Assembly (NCBI RefSeq): GCF_006345805.1
Contig: NW_021834006.1
Span: forward strand, 1 to 61,569
Length of the DNA: 61,569 nucleotides
Direction: 5' to 3'
Source: Octopus sinensis
Taxonomy: Eukaryota
Made by a program: the position numbers and the translations under genes. The notes under the pieces are model-generated. The model ran no database searches. It saw only the letters and a program-made list of their open reading frames with translations, and was not told where the DNA came from. Positions 1 through 12,324 of this stretch are shown piece by piece. Position 1 is the stretch's first letter, and every line of letters starts with the position of its first letter.

Positions 1-336
1 CTTTTTTGTGTTGTTGTTGTTGTTGTTGTTGCTGTTGCTGCTGCTGCTGCTGTTGCTGCTTTTGTTATTACTGCTGCAGTTTCGTTGCTGCTGTCGATGT
101 GTGTTGTTGGTGTTGCTCTGTCTCTACCGAGAATAATTTATTTCGGAGCAAAAACGATAAGAAACTTGTATATTTAATCAACACTTTTATTACCAGATTG
201 CGCATGTACTAATGTGTGTGAGTATGATGTATGTGCGTGCGTGCGTGTGTGTGCGTGTGTGTATGTGTATGTGTGCGTGCGTGTGTCTGCGTGTGTGTGT
301 GGTGTATGTCTGTGTGTGGCGTATTCAGTATTACGT

Positions 337-370
<34 letters not shown>

Positions 371-477
371 GTATGTATATATACGTATTGAGTTACGTAT
401 ATATATATATATATGTACATATGTATGTATATATATGTGTGTATGTATGCATGTATGCATGTATGTACGTATGTATG

Positions 478-515
<38 letters not shown>

Positions 516-660
516 CATATTACTACGTAATAACGTGTGTATCTGTTTAGGATTCTATGCATGTGTTTATGTATGTATACATACACAAAAACACGAACAC
601 ATACACACACAATATATATATACACATACATAAACACACATACATATGTATGCACCTATC
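1..660. repeat. Simple repeats (TTG/CTG)n, (GT)n, (TA)n, (ATGT)n
   Basis: Directly visible low-complexity tracts; the ORFs here are repeat translations. Confidence 0.95.
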
Positions 661-879
661 TAAGAGAGAGAATTCCGTTATCAGAACTATTAATCACGTG
701 GTTCTTTGCAATAATGTATAACGTTATTTAACATCAACAGCAACAAAAACAAAATCAACGGTAGCAGCAGCAGCCACCAACAGCAGCGGTAGGAGCTTAA
801 GTCATTCTATTGTCTGAATTGCTGATCACGTGGCACTCGCGAAAATGTAATGTGTCGATAAATAACGATAGCTTCATTA

Positions 880-1186
880 TGATCATCATCAACATCATCA
901 TCATCATCATCACCGTTGTCGTCATTCGTCGTCGTCGTTGTTGTCATCATCATCATCATCATCATCATCATCGTTATCGTTATTATAATGATCACTACTT
1001 GCCATCACGATCATACTTACCGCCATTGTGAACACTAGAATCACTATCAATGCTACCACCACTATCACTACCAACCCCCGCTGTCATCGTCATCATCATC
1101 TTCATCATCATCATTATCATCATCATCATTATCATCATCATCATCATGACCATCATCATCATCATCATAATCATCATCATCATGAC

Positions 1187-1230
<44 letters not shown>

Positions 1231-1510
1231 ACATCACAAACATTATCGCCGTCATCATCTCTATCATATTCATCACCTTCGCTAACATCGCTTTCACTAC
1301 CACTACTGTCAGCAGTCATCAACACTACAACACCATCGTCATGACCACCACCATCATCATAATCACCATCATCGTCGTCGTCATCCTCATCATCATCATC
1401 CTCGTCATAATCACCATGGCCACCACAATGATAATGAAGATGATGATCATTATCATCATAATCATCATTTTTAGCGAAACCATAACCACAACGATTATTA
1501 TCATTATCAA
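880..1510. repeat. Degenerate (CAT)n trinucleotide region
   Basis: Long CAT/CAC/CGT runs giving poly-H/I/M/D pseudo-ORFs. Confidence 0.95.
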
Positions 1511-1734
1511 AATTTCCCCCCAGCTGTTAAATTACCAAAACGTAAAGGTGATCTATATGTGTATGTTAAATACCATTTAGAGCCACGATAACATATTCAA
1601 AACAAACGTAGAATAAAGGAAATTGTTATCTAGTTGCCGAATCATTGCGATGTGCCATTAATGAGCAAATGCCTTGAAGAATTCGGCACCATGCAGATGT
1701 CTCTGCTGTTACACATCAACAAGCTACAAACAAA

Positions 1735-2137
1735 TACTCTTTTACTCTTTTACTTGTTTCAGTCATTTGACTGCGGCCATACTGGAGCACTGTCTTTAGT
1801 CGAGCAAATCGACCCCCAGGACTTATTCTTTGTAAGCCTAGTACTTATTCTATCGGTCTCTTTTGCCGAACCGCTAAGTTACAGGAACGTAAACACACCA
1901 GCGATGTTGGGGGCACAAACACAGACACACAAACATATACACACACATACATATATATATATGTATACATGTATACGACGGGCTTCTTTCAGTTTTCGTC
2001 TGCCAAATCCACTCACAAGGTTTTGGTTAGCCCGAGGCAATAGCAGAATACACTTGACCAAGGTGCCACGCAGTGGGACTGAACCCGGAACCATGTGGTT
2101 CGTAAGCAAGCTACTTACCACAATCCACTCCTGCGCC
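1735..2137 (-). mobile_element. SINE family A (tRNA-like head, internal TA/TG microsatellite, LINE-derived tail)
   Basis: Reverse strand starts GGCGCAGGAGTGG..TGGTAAG (A box) and GGTTCAGTCCC (B box), and ends GACTGAAACAAGT(AAAAGAGT)n. Near-identical to other copies in the window. Confidence 0.92.
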
Positions 2138-2234
2138 TATACGTACGGAATATTCCTTCATAATAAGTTATTACTGTTACACCAACTCATCCTGTTGTTG
2201 CGACCGGGAAAGCACTGCAACAAGTTCATATGTA

Positions 2235-3330
2235 TTAGTTGTTTCACATGAAATGTCGTATTTGAAAGGTAACAATAAAATGTTTCAGAAGTGTTAGGGA
2301 ACTGATTTATTTAATCAAAGTATGATCCATGTTCATTTGTGACATTTACCCAACGTTTCTCTGTGTCACATATTCTATCTTTTAAAAAAAACTCATCTTT
2401 TGCTGTGATAGACTGTCCGAATGCTTCAATTGACTCTTCTCTATTTAAGAATGTTTTATTGCTTACGAAAAGCTCAAAATGCTTAAATAAGTGAGGATCA
2501 GTTGGAGAGATATCAGCGGAATAGGGAGGATGTTGCAAAATCTCATAATTCAGGCCTTACAATATTTGTGCCGTAACTTGAGGAGTGTGAGGACATGCAT
2601 TGTCGTGGAGCAAAATTGGCATTGTTGTGGAGCAAAGCCTGGGTTGCTTCTTTTTCAAATTCTCATGCGTACAATCAATTTCCTGGCAATACGATGTTGT
2701 TGTTACCGTTTTTCCTTGTTGCAAAAAATGAATAATGATTAACTCACTTCGCAGACAACCATACAGTGACCACTAACTTTTTAGGGTGCGATGGTGGGTT
2801 TGGGTAGTGTTCAGGTAACTCTCCTGCATCTAATCACTGTCCTGTTCTCTTGATGTTGTCAAAGAGTATCCATTTCTCATCACATGTAATGATTTGATGC
2901 AAAACTGGTCTTATTCCAGTCGAGAAAGCAATAAGGAGCACACTTCGAGGCGTCTGTTTTGTTTTTTTTTTTTAATCTCGTTCAGTTGATGTGGAACAAA
3001 CCTATCTGTTTTCAAGACTTTTCCAATTTTTCACAGGTGTCCAAAAGCAGTTGTGCGAGATGTTTGGAGTTCCGATGAAAGTTTTCGAACCTTTGTTCTT
3101 GGATTTTGTTTAACCTAAGCATTTAATCCATCATGCCGAATAACTGATTGTGGCCTACCCCTTGGTTTTTTTTTCAAGGCTATCATCTCCTGAACCAGAG
3201 CTTTGGAACTATCTCTGAGCAGGTTCTGAATTAACAAAACCAAAGGCCCGCTTGATATTCCGTAGAGCTTCTGCGGCACAGTGACCCAGTTTCATCTCAC
3301 CATATATAGTGAGATGAAGGTGTCTACTAT
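2235..3330 (-). pseudogene. Decayed mariner (DD34D) transposase with one terminal repeat
   Basis: Minus-strand translation shows the HTH region (AAEALRNIKRAFG..PRGRP), FVPHQL, IITCDEKW, HDNACPH, HPPYSADISPTDPHLF and C-terminal RWVNVTNEHGSYFD*, with stops and frameshifts. TIR-like TA|TTAGTTGTTTCACATGAAATGTCG at 2233-2260. Confidence 0.9.
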
Positions 3331-3418
3331 CTATAAATGTAAATATATATTTCCTCCTTGAGAATAATTTGAACCCCTGTTATGCCGGAAATTTTATTCC
3401 CTAACAAATAAAATTAAA

Positions 3419-3485
<67 letters not shown>

Positions 3486-4124
3486 ATATTATATATATAT
3501 ATATAATATATACATATATACTGCCCATACGCGCAGAGAAGAAAAATCATGTATAGTCAGAGAAGCTAGCTGCTCTACTGTTGTGAACATCACTTCCAAA
3601 TTCAATCAGAACAATATCTATGAACAACTGCTTCAAACCCAGCAGTTCCATTACCCTAGTTATATAAATTCACATTGATATCAATAATAAATGGCCAACT
3701 TTTATGTTAGTAAATTTCTAAGTCAAGCATGGATAACCTTTTTTTTCTGTTTTTTTTTTTTTTTTTGGCAAGAAGCGGACCCGCTAGAAAAATGGCTCGT
3801 CATCATCCGGGCAGAACTACGAAAGCCATTCAAGATAAGAAATTTTCGTTAGGCGTGCCATTCAGAAAGTGTCGCGTGATAGAGTTTGACTACGAGTCAA
3901 CGTGACAATCTGAATTTTTAAGAAAAACCTAGATTTCTGTGGTAAACAAAGAAACCGGCAAACACGCACCTTATAAATATAATCTGCAAGTGGAACTGTA
4001 AGAATATACAAGAGATTTCAAAAGTTCAACATGCATCAATTATCGTTGTTGTTATACAAATTCCAATGGTCGAACTTTTGCTTTTTTATTAGAAACCATC
4101 TATCTCCGTGTGGGCGGAATTCGA

Positions 4125-4417
4125 AATATATTATATATGTGTGTGTGTAGATAGATAGACAGACAGATAGATAGGTAGATAGATAGATAGATACATACAT
4201 ACATACATACATACATACATACATACATACATACATACATACATACATACATACGTACATACATACACACATACACAAACATACACACACACACACAAAT
4301 ACAAGTACCCTTCACACAAAATGATACCATGTGTGTGCTACATATGTGTGTGTGTGTGTGTGCATGTATGCGCGTGTGTATGTGGATTATTATACGTATA
4401 TAAATGTGGAGGTATAC

Positions 4418-4485
<68 letters not shown>

Positions 4486-4685
4486 ATGTATGTATGTATG
4501 TATGTATGTATGTATGTATGTTTGCATGCATATAGGCCTGTGCATATTTATTTCTTAATGTTATTGTTTTCATTGGCAGACACAGAACAAGTGCACACAC
4601 ATGCACATACACACACACACACACATACATACTTACACAAACACACTCAACCACACGAGCGCTCACCCACACAAATACACACACG
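4125..4685. repeat. Compound (GATA)n/(ATAC)n/(TA)n/(CA)n microsatellites
   Basis: Directly visible. Confidence 0.95.
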
Positions 4686-4992
4686 TTACCAGACCGTTTA
4701 ACTATTTAGCTATTTTACCGCCAAATTTCAATTAATCTCCATCTAAAGATACAAACCAATCTTTTCGTATAGTCATTTTTTATTTTACCATTTAATTTTT
4801 TTTTTATCTATTTATTTATTTATTTGTCTTTTGTTGTGTTATTTTCCTTGAAGAGCTGATTCCTCGTAATGAATCTATTTGAATTCTTCACTTCTTTTTA
4901 AAAGTGATGATAAAAGAAAAAAAAAACAGAAAAAGAAAACTAATTTAAAATTTCATTACAAGTGCAGTACTAAGCTGAAAATAGAGTCAATA

Positions 4993-5038
<46 letters not shown>

Positions 5039-5072
5039 TAATAATAATAATAATAATAATAAAATAATAATG

Positions 5073-5136
<64 letters not shown>

Positions 5137-5138
<2 letters not shown>

Positions 5139-5697
5139 CCCTGATAAAGTACCATGCCCTGATGCAGTACCATGCCCTGATGCAGTACCAGACAGTGGCT
5201 CTCATGGCTTCTGATCTTAACTGATTAGAAGTGTTATCATGTACATTGTTTTGTCTTGGTATAAAAGATGGGCTACAGCAAAATTCTGCTCAATACCACA
5301 GATTTGCTTGTCAGTTGTTTGACCTTAACCAGTGAAGCATGTCCCTTATGGCTGACGATGTGTGCATCTTGATCACGAGCAGAAGTACTGGGGGAGCATC
5401 ATAGCCATGTGTAGAGAGAGATTCTTGGGGTTTGAATAATTCACATCTGGAAATAACCCTTATTCAGGGACCTATTGAGCGGGATGGGTTACTCGACCAG
5501 AAGAAAATTCTAACAGGGCCCCACCTACAAGGTCATGTGCTGTTTATCTTGATATGAGATCACCATATCACGCACATATGGTTGTGATGCATGTGCCTAG
5601 TGTACCCTTATCAGACGGGTAGTTTTGATGAGTACACTGGGCTTCGTATATTTTACCCCAGTGTCACTTTGATGGCATGAACTGCTCTCTCACTCAA
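5137..5697. mobile_element. Unclassified ~560-bp insertion embedded in an (AAT)n tract
   Basis: Complex sequence bounded by (AAT)n on both sides (4990-5136, 5698-5727). It begins with three copies of an 18-mer, TGCCCTGATGCAGTACCA. Confidence 0.55.
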
Positions 5698-5727
5698 TAA
5701 TAATAATAATAATGATAATAATGATAA

Positions 5728-5944
5728 TACTCGTTTACTTGTATTAGTCATTTGACTGCGGCCATGCTGGTGCACCGCCTTTTAGTCGAGCAATTCGACC
5801 CCGGGACTTATTCTTTGTAAGCCCAATACTTATTCTATCGGTCTCTTTTGCCGAATAGCTAAGTGACGGGGACGTAAACACACCAGCATCGGTTGTCAAG
5901 CAATGCTAGGGGGACAAACACAGACACACAAACACACACACATG

Positions 5945-6000
<56 letters not shown>

Positions 6001-6156
6001 TACGACAGGCTTCCTTCAGTTTCTGTCTACCAAATCCACTCACAAGGCATTGGTCGGTCCGGGGCTATAGCAGAAGACATTGCCCAAGATGCCACGCAGT
6101 GGGACTGAACCGGAACCATGTGGTTGGTTAGCAACTACTACCACACAGCCACTCCT
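5728..6156 (-). mobile_element. SINE family A
   Basis: Full alignment to other A copies, from tail to head. Confidence 0.92.
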
Positions 6157-6177
6157 AATATAATAATAATAATAATA

Positions 6178-6226
<49 letters not shown>

Positions 6227-6369
6227 CCTTTCTGCTATAGGCGCAAGGACTGAAGAAAAAGAAGAAGAAGAAGAAGAAGAAGAAGAAGAAGAAGAAGAAG
6301 AAGAAATAGAAGAAGAAGAAGAAGAAGAAGAAGAAGAAGAAGAAGAAGAAGAAGAAGAAGAAGAAGAAC

Positions 6370-6405
<36 letters not shown>
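6157..6405. repeat. (AAT)n, (GAA)n, (CAA)n, with a 30-bp SINE B tail stub (6224-6253, minus)
   Basis: CCTTTCTGCTATAGGCGCAAGGACTGAA is the reverse complement of the alternative B tail seen at about 10100 and 12650. Confidence 0.8.
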
Positions 6406-6729
6406 ATAGGTTTGCTGGTACTGACGTGTACAGCTCAGTGAATTAGTACTGTCCCTGCACTGCATAGGCCGGTGTAAGCCCTGTGTCTGCGGGAGTCCTG
6501 CAGCAAGTTACATAGGGCTACCTTGGCGTTCCTAACCCTTGGTTGGCAATTAAGCTGGGGCTGGTGTTGTACGTGGGTGTACCTTTGTACATGATTATCT
6601 CATTATTCTAAACACACCTGGGGAGTAAACCCTGTAGAAAATCATTATTTATTCATTTATTTTTATTATTATAAATAAATAATAATAAATTATAATAAAA
6701 TAATAAATAAATAATATTAAAACATTAGA

Positions 6730-7085
6730 TGTGAGGGCTTTTAAGGGATGCTCTCTTGAAGAGGAAGTTAGATAATAGATCCTTCCCGAAAACTGAGGTA
6801 AGTCCTCTGTCTAATCTTTCTTCGATAGACATGACTTTACTCGCAGTAGGAGGATCTTCTTCGATCCGGCTGGTAAATGGATAGTACTGTATATTCCTTC
6901 AGGTTAGAGGTCGTCTTTGTCCCTTGTGGAACAAAACGGTTCAGGCGTCCTGAACTTTCTTGGGAACATCCTTTAACTTAGTGCTAGTGAAGGACTGAAA
7001 TTGTATTGTCTACACTCGATGACTCCTTCCTTATATAGGAGAAAGGAGTACGAAAGTCTCGAAGTCTACTCAAACATTTCAGACA
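6730..7085 (-). mobile_element. Possible solo LTR-like element
   Basis: GC-richer island with TG...CA ends and a minus-strand CTATATAAGG TATA-like box; no convincing TSD. Confidence 0.25.
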
Positions 7086-7410
7086 TTTATTATTTTATAT
7101 ATATATATATATATATACATTATTTGCTTGTTTCTCGAAACGCTAACATTTCCCAGGAATATGTACACGAGTTTCTTGCAAATTTGCAAATGTCCGCCAA
7201 CAATTTATTTATACTCCACTTTTTGATGTTTTCGGGTCGTATTCCTCAAATTCCTCTCCGTTTGTTGCTCCTTTGCGTCTATAATCTTTTGACAAGTGCT
7301 CACTCAACTCGCTTTCTTTTTATTTATAACTTGAAAACGCTTTCTTTTTCTTTTAGCTGTGATTGTTGTTGTTGCTGCTGCTGCTGCTACTGCTGCTGCT
7401 GCTGTTGCTG

Positions 7411-7757
7411 TTGAGCGTAGCGGTCTTCTGTAGTGAGAGAAGTCCGAAACGTGGTCCTTTGCTATTCGCAAGACCCGCAGAAGACAAAGCAGGTCAACCC
7501 CCGACACCGAGAGCATCGACGGACGGATGGATGAATGCGCATCCAGGCTCAGCGGTTGCGTAGGAAGTCGGGGACAAGAAACAGGAAGAAAGAGTGAGAG
7601 AAAGTTGGGGCGAAAGAGTACAACAGGGGTCGCCACCACCCCTGTCGGAGCCTCGTAGAGCTTCTAGGTGTTTTCGCTCAATAAACGCAAACAACGCCCG
7701 GCCTGGGAATCGAAACCGCGAGTTCGCTGCCTTAACCACTGGGCTATTGTGCTTCCA
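7411..7757 (-). mobile_element. SINE family C, tail type 2
   Basis: Head matches 15624/16514, with a short deletion between TCGCGGT repeats; distinct tail. Flanked by a 21-bp direct repeat CTGCTGCTGCTGCTGTTGCTG (7390-7410, 7758-7778). Confidence 0.88.
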
Positions 7758-8254
7758 CTGCTGCTGCTGCTGTTGCTGGGGTTGTTGTTGTTTGTTATTG
7801 ATGCTGATGATGATAATGATGATAATGATGATGATGGCATAGTCATGGATTTGGTCGTTGCTGCTGTGGTGGTTACTTTTGTTCTTCTTACTGTTGGTTT
7901 GGTGTGGGACTGTCTCCTGGAGGACTGCTACGTGTGTGTGCATGTGTGTATGTGCATGTGTGTATGAACATGTGAGCGTGCGTGTATGTATGTGTGCATG
8001 TATGTGCGCATGCATGCGTGTGTGTGTGCGTGTGTATGTTCCTGCTTTTTTTTAGAGGTGGTGCTATCTTCTTATTTCATTCTTTTTTTTTTTTCTTTTC
8101 TCTCACTTTTATTAACCTGTTGTGAAAATTCGCCTCCCTACAGGATCCGCCATTTACTCTTAGTCACTTGGCGGGAAAGCTAAGAAAAAAAAAGTAAAGA
8201 CTGACAGTCTGTATGTGCGTGAGTGCGTGTGCGTGTGTGCGTGTGTGTGTGTGT

Positions 8255-8296
<42 letters not shown>

Positions 8297-8992
8297 TGTG
8301 TGTGTATGTGTGTGTATGTATGTGTGTGCATGTCGTTTGTGCTTTATATTTTTTTTTTGTTCGCAGATCTCCATGCTGCTGTTGTGAGGACCGATGAAGT
8401 TGTGATGTAGATAGCAAGGGGGAGAGTAATGAAGTAGGAGAGGGAGAGACTAACAGAGAGAGAGGGGGAAGAGAGAGAAAGTGATAGAGACAGGCTGAGT
8501 AAGAGAGGATGATGCGAAATAAAATATGTATCACTTCGCTGTCAAGAGATTCTTCGCTTTTTTCATTCCCCGCTCCTCCTCCTCCTTTTCCAACTCTACC
8601 TCCCCCTTACTCCTCCCTGCCCCTTCCTCCTCTTCACCATCATCAGCATCATCGTCCTCATCCCTACATCCCACCAGTAACATGGTTGCTATCGTCGTTG
8701 TCACCGTTGTTGCTTATTTTGAATAATCCGTTTAAAGAAAACTAAGAAGAAATATAAAAAACAAAATTTAAAAAAAAAAAGGTTTTCTTAATATTCCTCG
8801 TGAAAAAAATGTGTTGGCGTTCTGTTTGCAATATTGGCAAACAAAGGAACTTTCAGAGCAGTATGACGGCATTCAGCCACAGCAGTATATATATATATAT
8901 ATATGTGTGCGTGTTTGTGTGTGTGTGTGTATATATATATAATGTATATGCATATATACATACGTATATGTACATACATCTATACGTGTACG

Positions 8993-9038
<46 letters not shown>

Positions 9039-9263
9039 TATATATATAGGTGAGAAAGTTGGTGTGTGAAAGCACGTGGTTGAATATATAGAAAATAGTA
9101 AAAAGTGAAAAAACTACAGAAGGCTTGTTTTAAAAGGTTAAAGAATATATTTGAGTCATTATGTCAGAAGAATGTTATAAATTTTTTTCATACATACATA
9201 CACACCTATATATATACACCCACACATGTATATAAAATGAGACAGGCAGATAGATTGACAAAC

Positions 9264-9347
<84 letters not shown>

Positions 9348-9525
9348 GGGCATGTACGTATGTATTACGTATGTATGTGTTTATGTATATGTGTGCATAT
9401 ATCTGTGAGTGCGTGCGTGTGTGTGCGTATGTATATGTGCGTACTTGTGTGAACGGACAAACGAAAGAAAGGCACTCAACACATTTAGTACAAGTAGCAT
9501 ATATTATTATTTAAAACAGTTCAAA

Positions 9526-10130
9526 GTCGGCGATCTGGCAGAAACGTTAGCACGCCGGGCGAAATGCTTAGCGGTATTTCGTCTGCCGTTACGTTGTGAG
9601 TTCAAATTCCGCCGAGGTCGACTTTGCCTTTCGTCCTTTCGGAGTCGATAAATTAAGTACTAGTTATGCACTGGGGTCAATCTAATCGATTTAATCCATT
9701 TGTCTGTTCTTGTTTGTCCCCTCTGTATGTAGCCCCTAATGGGCAATAAAGAAATAAGAAACGTTAGCACGCCGGGCGAAATGCTTTGCGGTATTTCGTC
9801 TGCCGGGGTCGATAAATTAACTACCAGTTCTGCACTGGGGTTGATATAATCGACATCATCTGTTTGTCTGTCCTTGTTTGTCCCTCTCTGTGTTTATCCC
9901 CTTGTGGGTAGTAAAGAAATAGGTATTTCGTCTGCTCCTAATTTCTTTGTTCAAATTCCGCCCAGGTCGACTTTGCTTTTCATCCTTTCGGGGTGGATGA
10001 AATAATTACCAGCTACGCGCTGGAGTCGATGAAATAAGTACCAGCTATGCACTTGGGTCGATGTAGTCAACTAATCCCCTTCCCCAAAAAGAATTTTCAA
10101 GGTCCTGTGCCTAGAGTAAAAATGATTATT
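9526..10130 (+). mobile_element. SINE family B, three nested/tandem units
   Basis: tRNA-like head (TGGCAGAAACGTTAG..GAGTTCAAATTCC) and core GCCTTTCATCCTTTCGGGGTCGATAAATTAAGTACCAG (Meta-domain-like, from memory). Junctions at about 9757 and 9922; flanked by ATTATTTAAAACA repeats. Confidence 0.9.
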
Positions 10131-10386
10131 TAAAACATTTTGATTCGGTCCCATGCATCTCAAAGTTCGCAGCTTCGTTACAGGAACCTAGCTCGTCAAG
10201 TTCAGGCGGCCGAATGGAGAACTGTCGGAAATTCAAGATAGCAGTTGGATTCTAAGTTGCTATCGGTCAATGCAGGTCACATGCGAATACAGTGACATCA
10301 AACCCGTCTGAATTTCCTGGACCGCGTGGCTGGATAGCAAATTTGCGCCTCGCTATGTGGGTGGTGTTCAAAAGAACTTAAGCTAC

Positions 10387-10423
<37 letters not shown>

Positions 10424-10694
10424 CATATATTAATACCTGTCTCACTTTTGCTCTTCCTGATTCTCTTGCGGTACAGAGGAAGGATTTGAGGGTGGGGCTC
10501 CAAATACGTAAGCTTTTCGGTGATTCTGCTCCTACCTAAAGCATCATTGTAAGAGGAGCGGCCCTATTAAAGATCTCCTAATCGGCCGGGAGCTTCGATA
10601 TTCTTCTACTAACTCACGAGACAAGGTTTCTAATTATAGCGAGGGTGGGGTTCAAGCTCTTATAGATTTCCTCACTAGGCTTCGTATATATATA

Positions 10695-11074
10695 TAAGTA
10701 GCTTGCTAACCAACCACATGGTTCCGGGTTCAGTCCCACTGCGTAGCATCTTGGGCAAGTGTCTTCTATTATAGCCCCGGGCCGACCAATGCCTTGTGAG
10801 TGGATTTGGTAGACGGAAACTGAAAGAAGCCTGTCGTATATATATATATATGTGTGTATGTGTTTGTGTGTCTGTGTTTGTCCCCCTAGCATTGCTTGAC
10901 AACCGATGTTGGTGTGTTTGTGTCCCCGTCACTTAGCAGTTCGGCAAAAAGGAGACCGAAAGAATAAGTACTGGGCTTACAAAGAATAAGTCCCGGGATC
11001 GAGTTGCTCGATTAAAGGCGGTGCTCCAGCATGGCCGCGGTCAAATGACTGAAACAAGAAAAAGAGTAAAAGAG

Positions 11075-11076
<2 letters not shown>
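10695..11076 (+). mobile_element. SINE family A, first ~20 bp missing
   Basis: Starts TAAGTAGCTTGC after a TA run and ends in AAAGAGT repeats. Confidence 0.92.
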
Positions 11077-11117
<41 letters not shown>

Positions 11118-11119
11118 TA

Positions 11120-11545
11120 GAGACAAAACCACTATTATGCAAATCAAACAAAGACTTAAGCCAATACATAAAATAATTTATTAATTAAAATTTAACAATT
11201 ATAAATAACCACTACGATCGTTTCGTGTCAGCACATCTTTGAGATATTCTTCAGGTGGTTTCAAACCTAAAATATAATCAATATTTTTAAGATATAAATA
11301 TCTATATAATCTAATAAAAATTACTTATAATAAACTCTATTATTAAATATGATATATCGAAATCGACTATAATGTTAAATATTAACTTTAATTTTAATTT
11401 ATAAGGTAGAAAATCCATATTCTAATATCCATTTTAGTCTATATCTACTTATATAGAGTATTTTAAATGACTAATATATATAAATTATCAATGAAAATAT
11501 ATATAAATATTATAATCAAGATCTAAAATAACTATATAAACGATT
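11120..11545 (-). mobile_element. Penelope-like pLTR fragment between TA tracts
   Basis: AT-rich insert within (TA)n, carrying a type-I hammerhead motif typical of Penelope-like terminal repeats. Confidence 0.55.
11207..11260 (-). ncRNA. Type-I hammerhead ribozyme motif (stem II decayed)
   Basis: AACCAC-CUGAAGA-AUAUC..GACAC-GAAA-CGAUCG-UA-GUGGUU: 6-bp stem I, intact core, palindromic stem III, GUA triplet. Confidence 0.75.
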
Positions 11546-11856
11546 ATATATATATATATATATATATATATTTAATTTATCAAGCTTCTGTTTCCTAGCA
11601 CATATTTCGCCTTAATGTACTGATAATGAAAAATATATGGCTTGTGTTAGTAATACCAGCGATTATAATTATTTTTATTTTATCGCAATTTGATTTGTTT
11701 ACATATTTCTCGATAAATTATGAGCGCCAGGCGATATACCAGAATTCCCTAGTGTTGTCGGGACGTTCGGAGTCTGCGCAGTGATATGATTAGTTAGGAA
11801 GAGTAAATCATTAGCCGCACATGCTTCTAGTGAGTTAGGATCCCAGAAAAACAGGG

Positions 11857-11928
11857 TCTCACTGAAGAATTCTCCCTGGGCAAATAAATTATCTTTATTG
11901 CTGAAAAGAAAGAAACTGCAGTCTGAGA
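11857..11928 (+). ncRNA. Type-I hammerhead ribozyme motif, unit 1
   Basis: UCUCA-CUGAAGA-[long stem II]-GAAA-CUGCAG-UC-UGAGA; predicted cut after GUC at 11923. Confidence 0.8.
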
Positions 11929-12255
11929 ATTTACCGTTTAGTAAATGTTTTTATCTTCATTTCACTTATTTATCAAGCTTCTGTATTCCTAGCACATATT
12001 TCGCCTTAATGTACTGATATATGAAAAATATATGGCCTTGTGTTAGTAATACCAGCGAGTTAAAATTATTTTTATTTTATCGCATTTGATTTGTTTACAT
12101 ATTTCTCGATAAATATGAGCCGCCAGGCGATATACCACAGAATTACCTAGTGTTGTCGGGACGGGTTCGGAGTCTGCGCATGATATGATTAGTTAGGAAG
12201 AGTAAATCATTAGACGACATGCCTTCTAGTGAGTTAGGATCCCAGAAAAACAGGG

Positions 12256-12324
12256 TCTCACTGAAGAATTCCCGGGGACAAATAAATTATTTATTGCTGA
12301 AAAGAAAGAAACTGCAGTCTGAGA
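12256..12324 (+). ncRNA. Type-I hammerhead ribozyme motif, unit 2
   Basis: Same stem I, core and stem III as unit 1; predicted cut after GUC at 12319. Confidence 0.8.

Noticed and set aside
5137-5190. CRISPR-like short direct repeats
   Set aside because: The 18-mers are contiguous with no spacers; eukaryotic context, no cas genes.
7015-7070. Hammerhead-like CUCGAUGA-CUCCUU..AAGGAG-UAC-GAAA
   Set aside because: The core is interrupted, with no stem I/III or suitable cleavage triplet.
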